Both the position numbers and the translations under genes were made by a program. Shown here in pieces: positions 1-7,438 of a stretch of 64,000 nt of DNA. The notes beneath the pieces were generated by a model. It saw only the letters and a list, made by a program, of their open reading frames with translations, had not been told where the DNA came from and did no database searches. The stretch comes from an uncultured Clostridia bacterium. GTDB lineage: Bacteria > Bacillota > Clostridia > Oscillospirales > JAAYOS01. The stretch is from contig CANRIN010000001.1 in assembly GCA_947630675.1 (NCBI GenBank), positions 5,361-69,360 on the forward strand. The letters run 5' to 3'. Within the stretch, counting starts at the first letter, position 1, and every line of letters begins with the position of its first letter.

Positions 1-416
1 CGACCTTCACCTCGACGGGCGAGACGATAAAGAGCGGCGACGAATTCTACAACGAGAGCGAGGTGAAGTGGCTCGCGAAGATAATCACGGCCGAGGCGGG
101 CGGCGAGCCGTTCCTCGGTCAGATAGCGGTCGGAGCAGTGGTGCTGAACCGCATGAGGAGCCCGAAATACCCGAACACGATATACGGCGTCATATTCGAC
201 CGCGTCGGCGGGGTGCAGTTCGAGCCGACGCTGAACGGCAGTATATGGCGCGATCCCAGCGCAAACGCCGTCATCGCGGCGAAGCTCGCGCTCGAGGGCA
301 CGAACCCCGTCGGCGGCAGCCTCTTCTTCCTCAACCCGTCGATAGCGAAGTCCTCCTGGATACAGCGGAACCGCACGTTTTTCGTGAGGATAGGGCACCA
401 CGACTTTTATCTGTAA
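1..416 (+). CDS. SleB/CwlJ-family spore cortex-lytic cell wall hydrolase (5' end outside window)
   Basis: Frame 3 is open from the window edge to TAA 414-416. Motifs AEAGGEP, GQIAVGAVVLNRM, IYGVIF, VQFEP and HHDFY fit the Hydrolase_2 catalytic domain. Confidence 0.8.
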   Translation, partial: TFTSTGETIKSGDEFYNESEVKWLAKIITAEAGGEPFLGQIAVGAVVLNRMRSPKYPNTIYGVIFDRVGGVQFEPTLNGSIWRDPSANAVIAAKLALEGTNPVGGSLFFLNPSIAKSSWIQRNRTFFVRIGHHDFYL

Positions 417-476
417 CCCAAGCGCCTCCGCCCGAATAGAATGTCACGAGTGCAGAGCGGAGGTGACAAAGGACAA

Positions 477-920
477 ATGGCGTTATCCGATATAGAGCTG
501 TTTGCACGGCTCATACAGTGTGAAGCGGGAGGCGAGGGATACAGCGGGATGCAGGCTGTGGCGGGCGTCGTGATGAACCGCGTGCAGATAGGCTACGGCG
601 AGTATGCGCGGGTCTCGAACGGCGGCAATATCCGGAACATCATCTTTCAGGAGGGACAGTTCGACTGTACCCGGGAGGTGATAGGCGGCCGCTACAATCC
701 TCAGAACATCTACAACATGACACCCGACCGGATCCATTACGACATAGCGGAGTGGGCGATAGCCGGCAACCGGCTTGCGGGTATGGGTTGGGCACTGTGG
801 TTCTATAACCCGTACAGCTCGACCTGCCGGGGATTTTTCCCCTCTCAGGTCGGCGCTTTCGCCTTCCGGGTGGGAAACCACTGCTTCTACAACCCCACCG
901 ACGCGTATGCAGACACCTGA
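477..920 (+). CDS. cwlJ: CwlJ-like spore cortex-lytic hydrolase
   Basis: The ORF opens at 441, but ATG 477 has GGAGG/AAAGGA upstream. CEAGGEG, VMNRV and HCFYNPT parallel B. subtilis CwlJ (about 142 aa). Confidence 0.75.
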   Translation: MALSDIELFARLIQCEAGGEGYSGMQAVAGVVMNRVQIGYGEYARVSNGGNIRNIIFQEGQFDCTREVIGGRYNPQNIYNMTPDRIHYDIAEWAIAGNRLAGMGWALWFYNPYSSTCRGFFPSQVGAFAFRVGNHCFYNPTDAYADT

Positions 921-942
921 TTTTTGAGGAGGCCGCATTGAA

Positions 943-1446
943 ATGAACGGTTCCGGTAATTATCCCAATTTCAGCTACCGTATGCCGCAGCAGGGGGGAG
1001 ATACGCAGAACGGGCAGATGATGATGCAGCAGCAGGCTCAGTCCCCGGTGCTCTCGGGCGACCCGAACCGCACCGCGCGCGACTATGTGCTCGCGTTGGT
1101 GCTTCGGCTGAACCCGGCGTTTGAGATCCCGCCGCGCGAGGACTTCGGCTCGGAGGAGCTCCAGGGCACATTCCAGCAGCTCCTCTCCGACAACCTCGGC
1201 GCGTACATGATTGGCGAGTTCCTGCTCGGAACGAGCGGGATGACCACGCGCGAGGGCTTTCTTGTGGGTGTGGGACGCTCGTTCATACTCCTGTACGACT
1301 TCGGCACACGGGTTTTCACTATGTGCGACGCGTTCTCGCTGAAATTCGCGAGCTTCCCCTACCTTGACGCGGAGACGATACGAAATTACATACCGCGCCG
1401 CTATCTCTACGACCTTGAGAACGGTTCTCAGCGGGTAACGGGCTGA
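943..1446 (+). CDS. gerQ: GerQ-like spore coat protein
   Basis: GAGGAGG RBS. Gln-rich N-terminus (MMMQQQAQ). The C-terminal GFLVGVGRSFILLYDFGTR...LKFASF matches the GerQ pattern GIIEAAGRDHIILSD...LDYITF. It sits directly after cwlJ, as in the B. subtilis cwlJ-gerQ operon. Confidence 0.6.
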   Translation: MNGSGNYPNFSYRMPQQGGDTQNGQMMMQQQAQSPVLSGDPNRTARDYVLALVLRLNPAFEIPPREDFGSEELQGTFQQLLSDNLGAYMIGEFLLGTSGMTTREGFLVGVGRSFILLYDFGTRVFTMCDAFSLKFASFPYLDAETIRNYIPRRYLYDLENGSQRVTG

Positions 1447-1476
1447 GCGCGGACTGCGGTACACGGCAGATCCCAT

Positions 1477-1510
1477 GGGCGGCGGCACGAAAGTGCCGCC
1501 GCCCGGTTTT
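1477..1510 (+). terminator. Rho-independent terminator after gerQ
   Basis: GGGCGGCGGCAC-GAAA-GTGCCGCCGCCC (12 bp stem) followed by GGTTTT. Confidence 0.7.
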
Positions 1511-1512
1511 CC

Positions 1513-1541
1513 TTGACAACCTTCCGCAATTTGTGTATACT
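1513..1541 (+). promoter_or_regulatory. Sigma-A type promoter of the fur-family gene
   Basis: TTGACA (1513-1518), 17 nt spacer, TATACT (1536-1541). Confidence 0.65.
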
Positions 1542-1551
1542 GAAATCGGAA

Positions 1552-1566
1552 CGATAATCATTACTG
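1552..1566. promoter_or_regulatory. Fur/PerR-box-like site (possible autoregulation)
   Basis: cGATAATCATTActg resembles the 7-1-7 box TGATAATnATTATCA. It lies just downstream of the -10. Confidence 0.4.
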
Positions 1567-1582
1567 TTTTCGGAGGCTCCGC

Positions 1583-1969
1583 ATGAAAAAGTATTCCCAT
1601 CAGCGCGAGGCCATACGCGAGGCGCTCGTAAGCGTGAAGAGCCACCCCACCGCGAGCGAGATATACGAAATGGTGCGCGAGAAGATACCGAACATCAGCC
1701 TCGGCACGGTGTACCGCAACCTGTTCGTGCTCGCGGACGAGGGGGAGATACTCCGCATATCCACGGGGGAGGGCACGGAGCGCTTCGACGCGACGACCGG
1801 CAGCCACAGCCACCTCGTCTGCTCCCGCTGCGGAAGGGTGAGCGACGTCGACCTTCCGACCGGTGAGCTTGAACGGGCGGCGGAGAGAGCCTCCGGCGCG
1901 AGGATAGAGCGGCACAGCCTGATATTCTACGGCGTGTGCGCGGAGTGTGTAAAGAAGGGCGCATCGTGA
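1583..1969 (+). CDS. Fur-family metalloregulator (Fur/PerR/Zur class not resolved)
   Basis: GGAGG RBS. HPTASEIY...ISLGTVYRNL winged helix. HSHLVCSRCG...CAEC metal sites. Confidence 0.85.
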   Translation: MKKYSHQREAIREALVSVKSHPTASEIYEMVREKIPNISLGTVYRNLFVLADEGEILRISTGEGTERFDATTGSHSHLVCSRCGRVSDVDLPTGELERAAERASGARIERHSLIFYGVCAECVKKGAS

Positions 1970-2292
1970 AGGCGGAGCGAACGGGCGAGGTGTTCGCCAG
2001 GATATACGAAATAGTGAAGCGTATCCCGCGCGGCAGGGTGACGACCTACGGTCAGGTCGCGCTGCTCGCGGGGAACCCGCGCCTCTCGCGTGCGGTCGGG
2101 TACGCCCTGCACGTCAACCCCGAGCCGGGAGAGATACCCTGCCACCGCGTCGTCAACCGCTTCGGCGAGGTCAGCCGGGCGTTTGCATTCGGCGGGGAGA
2201 ATATGCAGGTAGAGCTCCTCGAGAGTGAGGGGGTCGAGTTCGTCGCGGGCAGAGTCCCGCTCGACCGATATATGTGGTACGGAGACGAATAA
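1966..2292 (+). CDS. MGMT-family protein (methylated-DNA-protein-cysteine methyltransferase DNA-binding/active-site domain only)
   Basis: GTG 1966 overlaps the fur stop (GTGA). IPRGRVTTYGQVA and IPCHRVV motifs. The ORF track opens it at 1936. Confidence 0.8.
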   Translation: MKAERTGEVFARIYEIVKRIPRGRVTTYGQVALLAGNPRLSRAVGYALHVNPEPGEIPCHRVVNRFGEVSRAFAFGGENMQVELLESEGVEFVAGRVPLDRYMWYGDE

Positions 2293-2447
2293 TGTGCCGC
2301 AGCGCCGTTCGAGCCGCGGAAAGCCGGGACATCGGCGCAGGGCGCCGCATGTAACTGCGTGAACCGGTGCAGGCGCCGCCTTCGGCGGCGCAGAGCGCGG
2401 GATGCAGGTTTGCGAGCGCATCCTCTACGGTTTTTGATAAGACGGAA

Positions 2448-2485
2448 GCGCCGCCCCCTGTTGGGGGCGGCGCATTTGCGTTGTT
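2448..2485. terminator. Hairpin terminator between convergent genes
   Basis: GCGCCGCCCCC-TGTT-GGGGGCGGCGC followed by ATTTGCGTTGTTTT. Confidence 0.6.
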
Positions 2486-2495
2486 TTAGTACTGC

Positions 2496-2828
2496 TCAAT
2501 GCATGCAGTCGTGGTAGTTTATGGTGTTGTAGCCGTTGCTGCCGGAGGTGTTGTAGCCGTAGCCGTTCCCGCCGCAGCCGCAGTCGGGCTTCAGGCTCTC
2601 GGCGACTTCGGCGGCGCAGCGGGCAGCCTCGGCGGCGCGCTCGGCAGCGGCGTTCGCCTCCTGCGCGTAGCATCCGGCGCGGTTCGCTATCTCCGCGGCA
2701 CGGTTTGCCATCTCGCAGGCGCACTTGGCGGTTTTCTCGGCCATGCACTGGGCCTCAGCGGCGGCGCGGGCGTAGGCGCGTGCGCGCTCATAGGCGGTGG
2801 GGCCGCAGCTCTTATAACAGTTTCCCAT
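2496..2828 (-). CDS. Small Cys/Ala-rich protein with Gly/Tyr/Asn-rich tail, function unknown
   Basis: GAGGGGGAG RBS 6 nt before the ATG, with a terminator downstream. 10 Cys in 110 aa, a long Ala-rich helical repeat, and the tail GGNGYGYNTSGSNGYNTINYHDCMH. Confidence 0.6.
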   Translation of the reverse strand: MGNCYKSCGPTAYERARAYARAAAEAQCMAEKTAKCACEMANRAAEIANRAGCYAQEANAAAERAAEAARCAAEVAESLKPDCGCGGNGYGYNTSGSNGYNTINYHDCMH

Positions 2829-3043
2829 ATCTTCTCCCCCTCACGTCCGCATACGCGGACGCGCCGTCTCTTGCGGCGGACGGCCTGCCGTGTTCGGGTC
2901 ATCCCGTACACATCATATTCCCGCCGGGAAGAGAGGGTGACTTCAAAATGTTACCGCTTTGTTTCTTGCAATCCGCTCCGCAGTGTGATAGAATAAAATC
3001 AAACAAAGTTCAACAATTTTTTCGAGAGAACAGGAGGCTCGCC

Positions 3044-3445
3044 ATGAAAAGAAATTATCTGCGCGTCATTGCCGCCCTGCTTGCGGCGCTCATGCTCACG
3101 CTTCCGCTTGCCTCCTGCGGCGGAAACGACGACAAGGTGGATACCTCGCCGAGCCCGGACACCTCGGTCGTACCCTCCGAGATCCCGACGCCGTCGCCCA
3201 CGCCGGAGTATATCACCGAGTATATCGGCACCGTCTACAACGTGTCGAGCTTCCTCAACGTCCGCTCCGGCCCCGGCACGAACTACGACAAGGTAGGCGA
3301 GGCGCACGCGGGCGACAAGTACACCGTGCTCGAGCAGAACGTCGGCGGCAGTGAGTGGCACAAGATAAGCTTCAGCGGGATCGAGGGCTACGTCCACAGC
3401 GACTACCTCACGATAGAGGCGATACAGGTAGAAGTAACTGAATAA
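3044..3445 (+). CDS. SH3b-domain lipoprotein
   Basis: AGGAGG RBS. Signal peptide with lipobox LASCG. The C-terminal LNVRSGPGTNYDKVG...GYVHSDYL is an SH3_3-type domain. The ORF track opens it at 2705. Confidence 0.75.
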   Translation: MKRNYLRVIAALLAALMLTLPLASCGGNDDKVDTSPSPDTSVVPSEIPTPSPTPEYITEYIGTVYNVSSFLNVRSGPGTNYDKVGEAHAGDKYTVLEQNVGGSEWHKISFSGIEGYVHSDYLTIEAIQVEVTE

Positions 3446-3499
3446 GTTCCCGACCGTGAAACGGAGCGTCGGAGCTCCGCGATGATTTGAAGCACGCGA

Positions 3500-3535
3500 C
3501 AGGGCGGACGACACGTCCGCCCTGTTTTTCGTTTT
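3500..3535 (+). terminator. Rho-independent terminator
   Basis: CAGGGCGGAC-loop-GTCCGCCCTG followed by TTTTTCGTTTT. Confidence 0.75.
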
Positions 3536-3613
3536 CCTGCGTGGACTTTGCGGGATATAAATATGCGGCAAAAATCGCGAATGTAACCGTTACGGATAAA
3601 AAGGAGATACAGG

Positions 3614-4333
3614 GTGGCGACTTGGGTAACACATTTAATGATAGCGGACGGCGTTCTTAAACGTATTCCAAACTTGGATAGGTGCGGCTTCTGCGTCGGT
3701 AATATTGCTCCGGACTGCAACGTAGAAAATGAAGATTGGACAGCCTTTACGCCGCCCAGAGAAGTGACGCATTGGATGCAGAGTGAGCGAAAGAAGGCGT
3801 CCGACGGTGATGCCTTCTGTATGGAGTACATCTTGAAGCGTAAAGCCACGATCAAATCTGCGGAAGAGTATGCTTTTCTGCTCGGCTACTACTGCCATTT
3901 GATCACCGATGCGGCGTTTCAAGCCATGATTCGGGACGAAGACCGCGTAAGAGCGGCTTGAGTGCGCATGAAAGCGGATGAAGGATTGAGCGCCGCCGGC
4001 GCCGACATGGCCGAAACGTGGGATTCGGTAAAAAGTCTCATTCCCAAGAAGGATCGGATGCGTGAGATCTACGCGATGGAAGCTGAGTATCTGAACGATC
4101 ATCCGAACTCCGGCTATCTCACGGAGATTCTTCCGTTGAAATCTTTTCCCGACTATATTGATTATCTCCCTAAAGGGTGTATCGTCCGCAAGATCGGCGT
4201 GATGGGTTATCTGCCCGAGCCCGACAAAACAATAAATAAATTTATTGCCGTGTCGAAAGACGAATATGCAAGCTTTGTAGAAGATACGATACAGCTCGTG
4301 ATCCGGCAGTTTTCCGAGAAGAATTTGATGTGA
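3614..4333 (+). pseudogene. Zinc-dependent phospholipase C-like family gene interrupted by an in-frame TGA (3959-3961)
   Basis: AAGGAG RBS plus GTG 3614. ORFs 3614-3961 and 3962-4333 are in the same frame, separated only by the TGA. THLMIADGV, GNIAPD and YYCHLITDAAF motifs are present. The surrounding DNA is lower in GC. Confidence 0.5.
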
Positions 4334-4422
4334 AAACATGGCCGGCTTTATCGGTATTGTGATAATTGTCTGCTTCATGAACAACAAAAGCATCAGAGCG
4401 CTGGAGAAGCGCGATATGGGGA

Positions 4423-4451
4423 TTGACAAAGGTTGGCGAAGATGTTATAAT
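4423..4451 (+). promoter_or_regulatory. Near-consensus promoter upstream of leader sORF and MFS gene
   Basis: TTGACA (4423-4428), 17 nt spacer, TGtTATAAT extended -10 (4443-4451). Confidence 0.7.
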
Positions 4452-4526
4452 CAATGCCGACTTAAACGATTGGCGGTGCGATTAAGACACGCCGTCGGTT
4501 TCGGAGAACGAAAGGAGGGGCGAGTG

Positions 4527-4622
4527 ATGCTTTTCACATGGTACATTCCGATGCTGAGCAGCTGGAAGAACGCGTTTAACGCGGCGGCCGATGGGATCAC
4601 TGCGCCCTTTTTCAGCCTGTAA
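4527..4622 (+). CDS. Candidate 31-aa leader peptide (MLFTWYIPMLSSWKNAFNAAADGITAPFFSL)
   Basis: GAAAGGAGGGG RBS 6 nt before the ATG. It lies between a strong promoter and a terminator-like hairpin, upstream of the MFS gene. Confidence 0.45.
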   Translation: MLFTWYIPMLSSWKNAFNAAADGITAPFFSL

Positions 4623-4656
4623 CGCATAGAAACGGCCTGTCGGCGCGGTGATTCCG

Positions 4657-4695
4657 GGAGCTTTTCCGCCTTGTGGCGGGAAAGCTCCTTTCGCT
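4657..4695 (+). terminator. Terminator-like hairpin in the MFS leader (putative attenuator)
   Basis: GGAGCTTTTCCGCC-TTGT-GGCGGGAAAGCTCC followed by TTTCGCTTGC. It sits 28 nt before the MFS start. Confidence 0.45.
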
Positions 4696-4723
4696 TGCAA
4701 AAAAACGAAAAGGAGTCGCCAAA

Positions 4724-5899
4724 ATGAAGAACAGACTTAAAAATAACACAAAGCTTTTCTATATATTCAGATTTTTCGCACGCTTTGCAATGACCGAGGG
4801 CGTGTGGGTGCTCTATATGATCTCAAAGGGACTCTCGCTCTGGCAGGTGGGTGTGCTCGAAGGCGTCTACCATGCGGTGTCGCTTGTGGCGGAGGTGCCC
4901 TCCGGTGCGATAGCGGACCTGCTCGGCCGGAAGAAGGTGCTCATTGTGAGCCGCCTGCTCGCGTTCGCGAGCTCGATACCGATGATAATGTCGGACAACT
5001 TCTTTGTCCTCGCGTTCGGATTTGCGCTCACCGGCTTCGGCGGGAGCCTCATTTCGGGCACAGAGGACGCGCTCATCTACGACACCTACCTCGGGCTCGG
5101 CGAGGAGCGTCGCTTCCTCGGCGCGACGAGCCGCCTCGGCTTCATAGCGGAAGTGTCGGGTGGGATAGCGGTGCTCGCGGGCGGTATGCTCGCGAAGCGC
5201 TCCTACCAGCTCTGCTACCTCGTCGAGATGGGGATAACGGTGTTGTCCGTCGCGATATGCCTCCTCCTTTGCGAGCCGGAGACGGAAAAGAGGCGGGAGA
5301 AGCGTCCCACGCTCCGCGAGCACTTCCGCGCGAGCATGGACGTCATACGCGGCGACCGTGACGTACGCCGGCTGATAATACACTACTCGTTGCTCGAGAC
5401 GTTCTACGTCAGCGTGTACTTTTACAGTCAGGAGCTCTACCGCTCGCTCGGCTTTGACGAAGCGGGCATAAGCGTAATACTTCTCGGCGCGGGCGCGGCG
5501 GCGAGCGCGGGCGCGCTGCTCTGCGAGCGGACGGCGCGGCGGCTCGGACGGCACACCGAATTTGCGGCCGGTGCGGCGCTCGCGCTCGGGATAGCGGCGA
5601 TGGGCGCTCCGAGCGTCCCGTGCTCGCTTGCCGGATTTGCTCTCGCGAGCGCGGCGAGCGCCATGCTCTCGCCGCTCGGCTCCGCCGAGCTGAACCGGCG
5701 CATCCCCTCCGAGCGCCGCGCGACGCTCATCTCGGTGAAAAGCATGTGCTTCTCGGTGGGCATGATAGTTCTTTTCCCGCTGATAGGCGCCCTCGGGGAC
5801 ACCTTCACGCTCGCGCGGCTGCTCGTGCTGCTCGGCGCGGCGCTGGGAGTGTATGTCACAGCGAAGCTGCTCGCGGAAAATCGCGGCGGGCAGACGTAG
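4724..5899 (+). CDS. MFS transporter
   Basis: AAAGGAG RBS before ATG 4724 (ORF track opens at 4673). About 12 hydrophobic segments. GAIADLLGRKKV loop motif. Confidence 0.85.
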   Translation: MKNRLKNNTKLFYIFRFFARFAMTEGVWVLYMISKGLSLWQVGVLEGVYHAVSLVAEVPSGAIADLLGRKKVLIVSRLLAFASSIPMIMSDNFFVLAFGFALTGFGGSLISGTEDALIYDTYLGLGEERRFLGATSRLGFIAEVSGGIAVLAGGMLAKRSYQLCYLVEMGITVLSVAICLLLCEPETEKRREKRPTLREHFRASMDVIRGDRDVRRLIIHYSLLETFYVSVYFYSQELYRSLGFDEAGISVILLGAGAAASAGALLCERTARRLGRHTEFAAGAALALGIAAMGAPSVPCSLAGFALASAASAMLSPLGSAELNRRIPSERRATLISVKSMCFSVGMIVLFPLIGALGDTFTLARLLVLLGAALGVYVTAKLLAENRGGQT

Positions 5900-6100
5900 T
5901 CTGCCCACCCTACCAATTTTCCGCGAGGCCATCGGACAGAGCAGAGCTCTGCCGACGGCAGCGCCGGTCCTTGTTCCTCACGGCTTCGCCGCTTGAAACG
6001 CGACCGGCGCGAGGAGTAAATTTCGACGTACACGCCGTCGAAATTTACAAATCGAACCTTATTTCGCGCCATTGGCGTAAAACTGCGCTTGAGCGTTGAC
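5900..6100 (-). repeat. Modular hairpin repeat, locus 1 (core element, inverted)
   Basis: The reverse complement aligns to the core at 14561-14737. M2 hairpin 6016-6048, M4 bulged hairpin 5928-5959. Confidence 0.8.
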
Positions 6101-6126
6101 ACGACTCACTACGCTGCGCATTTTTG

Positions 6127-6155
6127 TTGACTTTTTCGGGGCCCGGAAGTAAAAT
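6127..6155 (+). promoter_or_regulatory. Promoter of the methyltransferase gene
   Basis: TTGACT, 17 nt spacer, TAAAAT. Confidence 0.55.
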
Positions 6156-6185
6156 GTTTAAGCATCACGCCTTGGAGGTGGTAAC

Positions 6186-6842
6186 TTGAACGGCAATTTG
6201 TGGGAGGACATGTGGAGCCGCGAGGACGGGGAAGCACTGTTTCCGTACCTTGAGCGCTTCCGTAAGCTGAAGTCGCGCGCCATTGACATCTTTAAGGACT
6301 TCGGCGCCGTGCGCGTCTGCGACGCTGCCTGCGGCTTTGGCGCGTACTCGGTGGCTCTTGCCTCGAACGGATTTGAGGTGTACAGCTTCGATGTATCTCC
6401 GACTGCGGCGCGGCTCACGCGCATGGGCCTCGAGCACTGCGGGCTGGACGGTACGCGTGTGAAGTCTGCCGACATTCTCACCACCGGCTACCCGGACGCC
6501 TTTTTCGACGGAGCCGTGGCAAACTCCGTGCTCGACCACATGAGCGTCGGAGACGCAAGGAGCGCACTTTCCGAGCTGTGCCGCATAACGAAGCCGGGCG
6601 GCATCATCATGGTGTCCTTTGACAGAGCGGATGAGGACGACCTGTCCCTGCCGCACGAGCTCATGGACGACGGCAGCATACTTTACACGTCCGGCCGCCG
6701 CCGCGGGATGATACTTCACCCGTATGACGAGGCGGAGGCGCGCCGCCTTCTTGAAGGGTTTGAGATCGTCTATACCGAGCTTAGTCCGCAGGACGAGCAG
6801 GTCTTTATTTTCCGAAACACACCCCGAGCCGGTTCGGTTTAA
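6186..6842 (+). CDS. Class I SAM-dependent methyltransferase
   Basis: GGAGGTGG RBS with a TTG start. Motif I VCDAACGFGAYS. ITKPGGIIMVSF post-I region. Confidence 0.8.
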   Translation: MNGNLWEDMWSREDGEALFPYLERFRKLKSRAIDIFKDFGAVRVCDAACGFGAYSVALASNGFEVYSFDVSPTAARLTRMGLEHCGLDGTRVKSADILTTGYPDAFFDGAVANSVLDHMSVGDARSALSELCRITKPGGIIMVSFDRADEDDLSLPHELMDDGSILYTSGRRRGMILHPYDEAEARRLLEGFEIVYTELSPQDEQVFIFRNTPRAGSV

Positions 6843-6964
6843 GCTCCGCGCCGCCGCACCGCGCCTGCTGGGGCGCTTTACACTTAATAACATCGCGGAA
6901 CCGTTGCGCGCCGAGCAAAACAGTAGTATAATAAATTAAATACAGCGCGCGGGAAGGTGAGAAA

Positions 6965-7423
6965 ATGGTCTGCTCGGAGGAAAAGGCTTCGCCGGAGCTC
7001 ATAGATACGCTCGTCCGCCTCTCGGAGGACTGGGAGCGCGAGGGAAGCTGCTGGGGCTATGTGAGAAACCCCGAGGACAGCTTCTCGGGACAGCGCATAT
7101 TCACGGCGCGCGACGGAAAAGAGGTCATCGGCTACGCGCTCATCACTCACCGGACGGCGGAGCGGATGGGCTCGATAGTCCCGGACGGGACGGAGTACGT
7201 CGAGCTCGAGGAGCTGTATGTCGTCCCGGAGCGGAGGAACGCGGGCGTCGGTTCGGCGCTCTTCCGGTTCGTCGAGGACACCGTGCGGCGCGAAGGCGCG
7301 CCGTACCTCCTGCTCGGCACCGCGACGAAGGACCACCGCGCGATACTGCACTTTTACATAGACGAAGTAGGTATGGACTTCTGGTCGGCGAGGCTTTTCA
7401 AAAAGCTCTCGCCGGACGATTGA
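6965..7423 (+). CDS. GNAT family N-acetyltransferase
   Basis: ELYVVPERRNAGVGSALFRFV acetyl-CoA binding motif. Confidence 0.8.
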   Translation: MVCSEEKASPELIDTLVRLSEDWEREGSCWGYVRNPEDSFSGQRIFTARDGKEVIGYALITHRTAERMGSIVPDGTEYVELEELYVVPERRNAGVGSALFRFVEDTVRREGAPYLLLGTATKDHRAILHFYIDEVGMDFWSARLFKKLSPDD

Positions 7424-7438
7424 GAGGAGAGTGGCAGC

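Noticed and set aside
2496-2828. The Cys-rich small protein as a RiPP/bacteriocin precursor (long helical leader, GG motif, Cys/Gly/Asn-rich core).
   Set aside because: No cyclodehydratase, lanthionine synthetase, radical-SAM maturase, peptidase-ABC exporter or immunity gene is adjacent. The neighbours are an MGMT-family gene and an SH3 lipoprotein.
3959-3961. The in-frame TGA as selenocysteine, or as genetic-code reassignment (TGA = Trp/Gly).
   Set aside because: Many clearly complete genes in this window terminate with TGA (for example the fur-family gene). No SECIS-like hairpin follows within the expected distance. A pseudogene or sequencing error is the simpler explanation.
5437-6102. 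Recurrent peptide strings (…SAELRSVRRPRGKLV…, …RPPDRAKLCRRQ…) in ORFs overlapping the repeat loci (5437-6102, 14517-14789, 38756-39064, 57497-57946), which could suggest a repeated small gene.
   Set aside because: The similarity simply reflects translation of the repeated DNA. Frames and orientations differ between loci, stops interrupt them, and no RBS or start is conserved.
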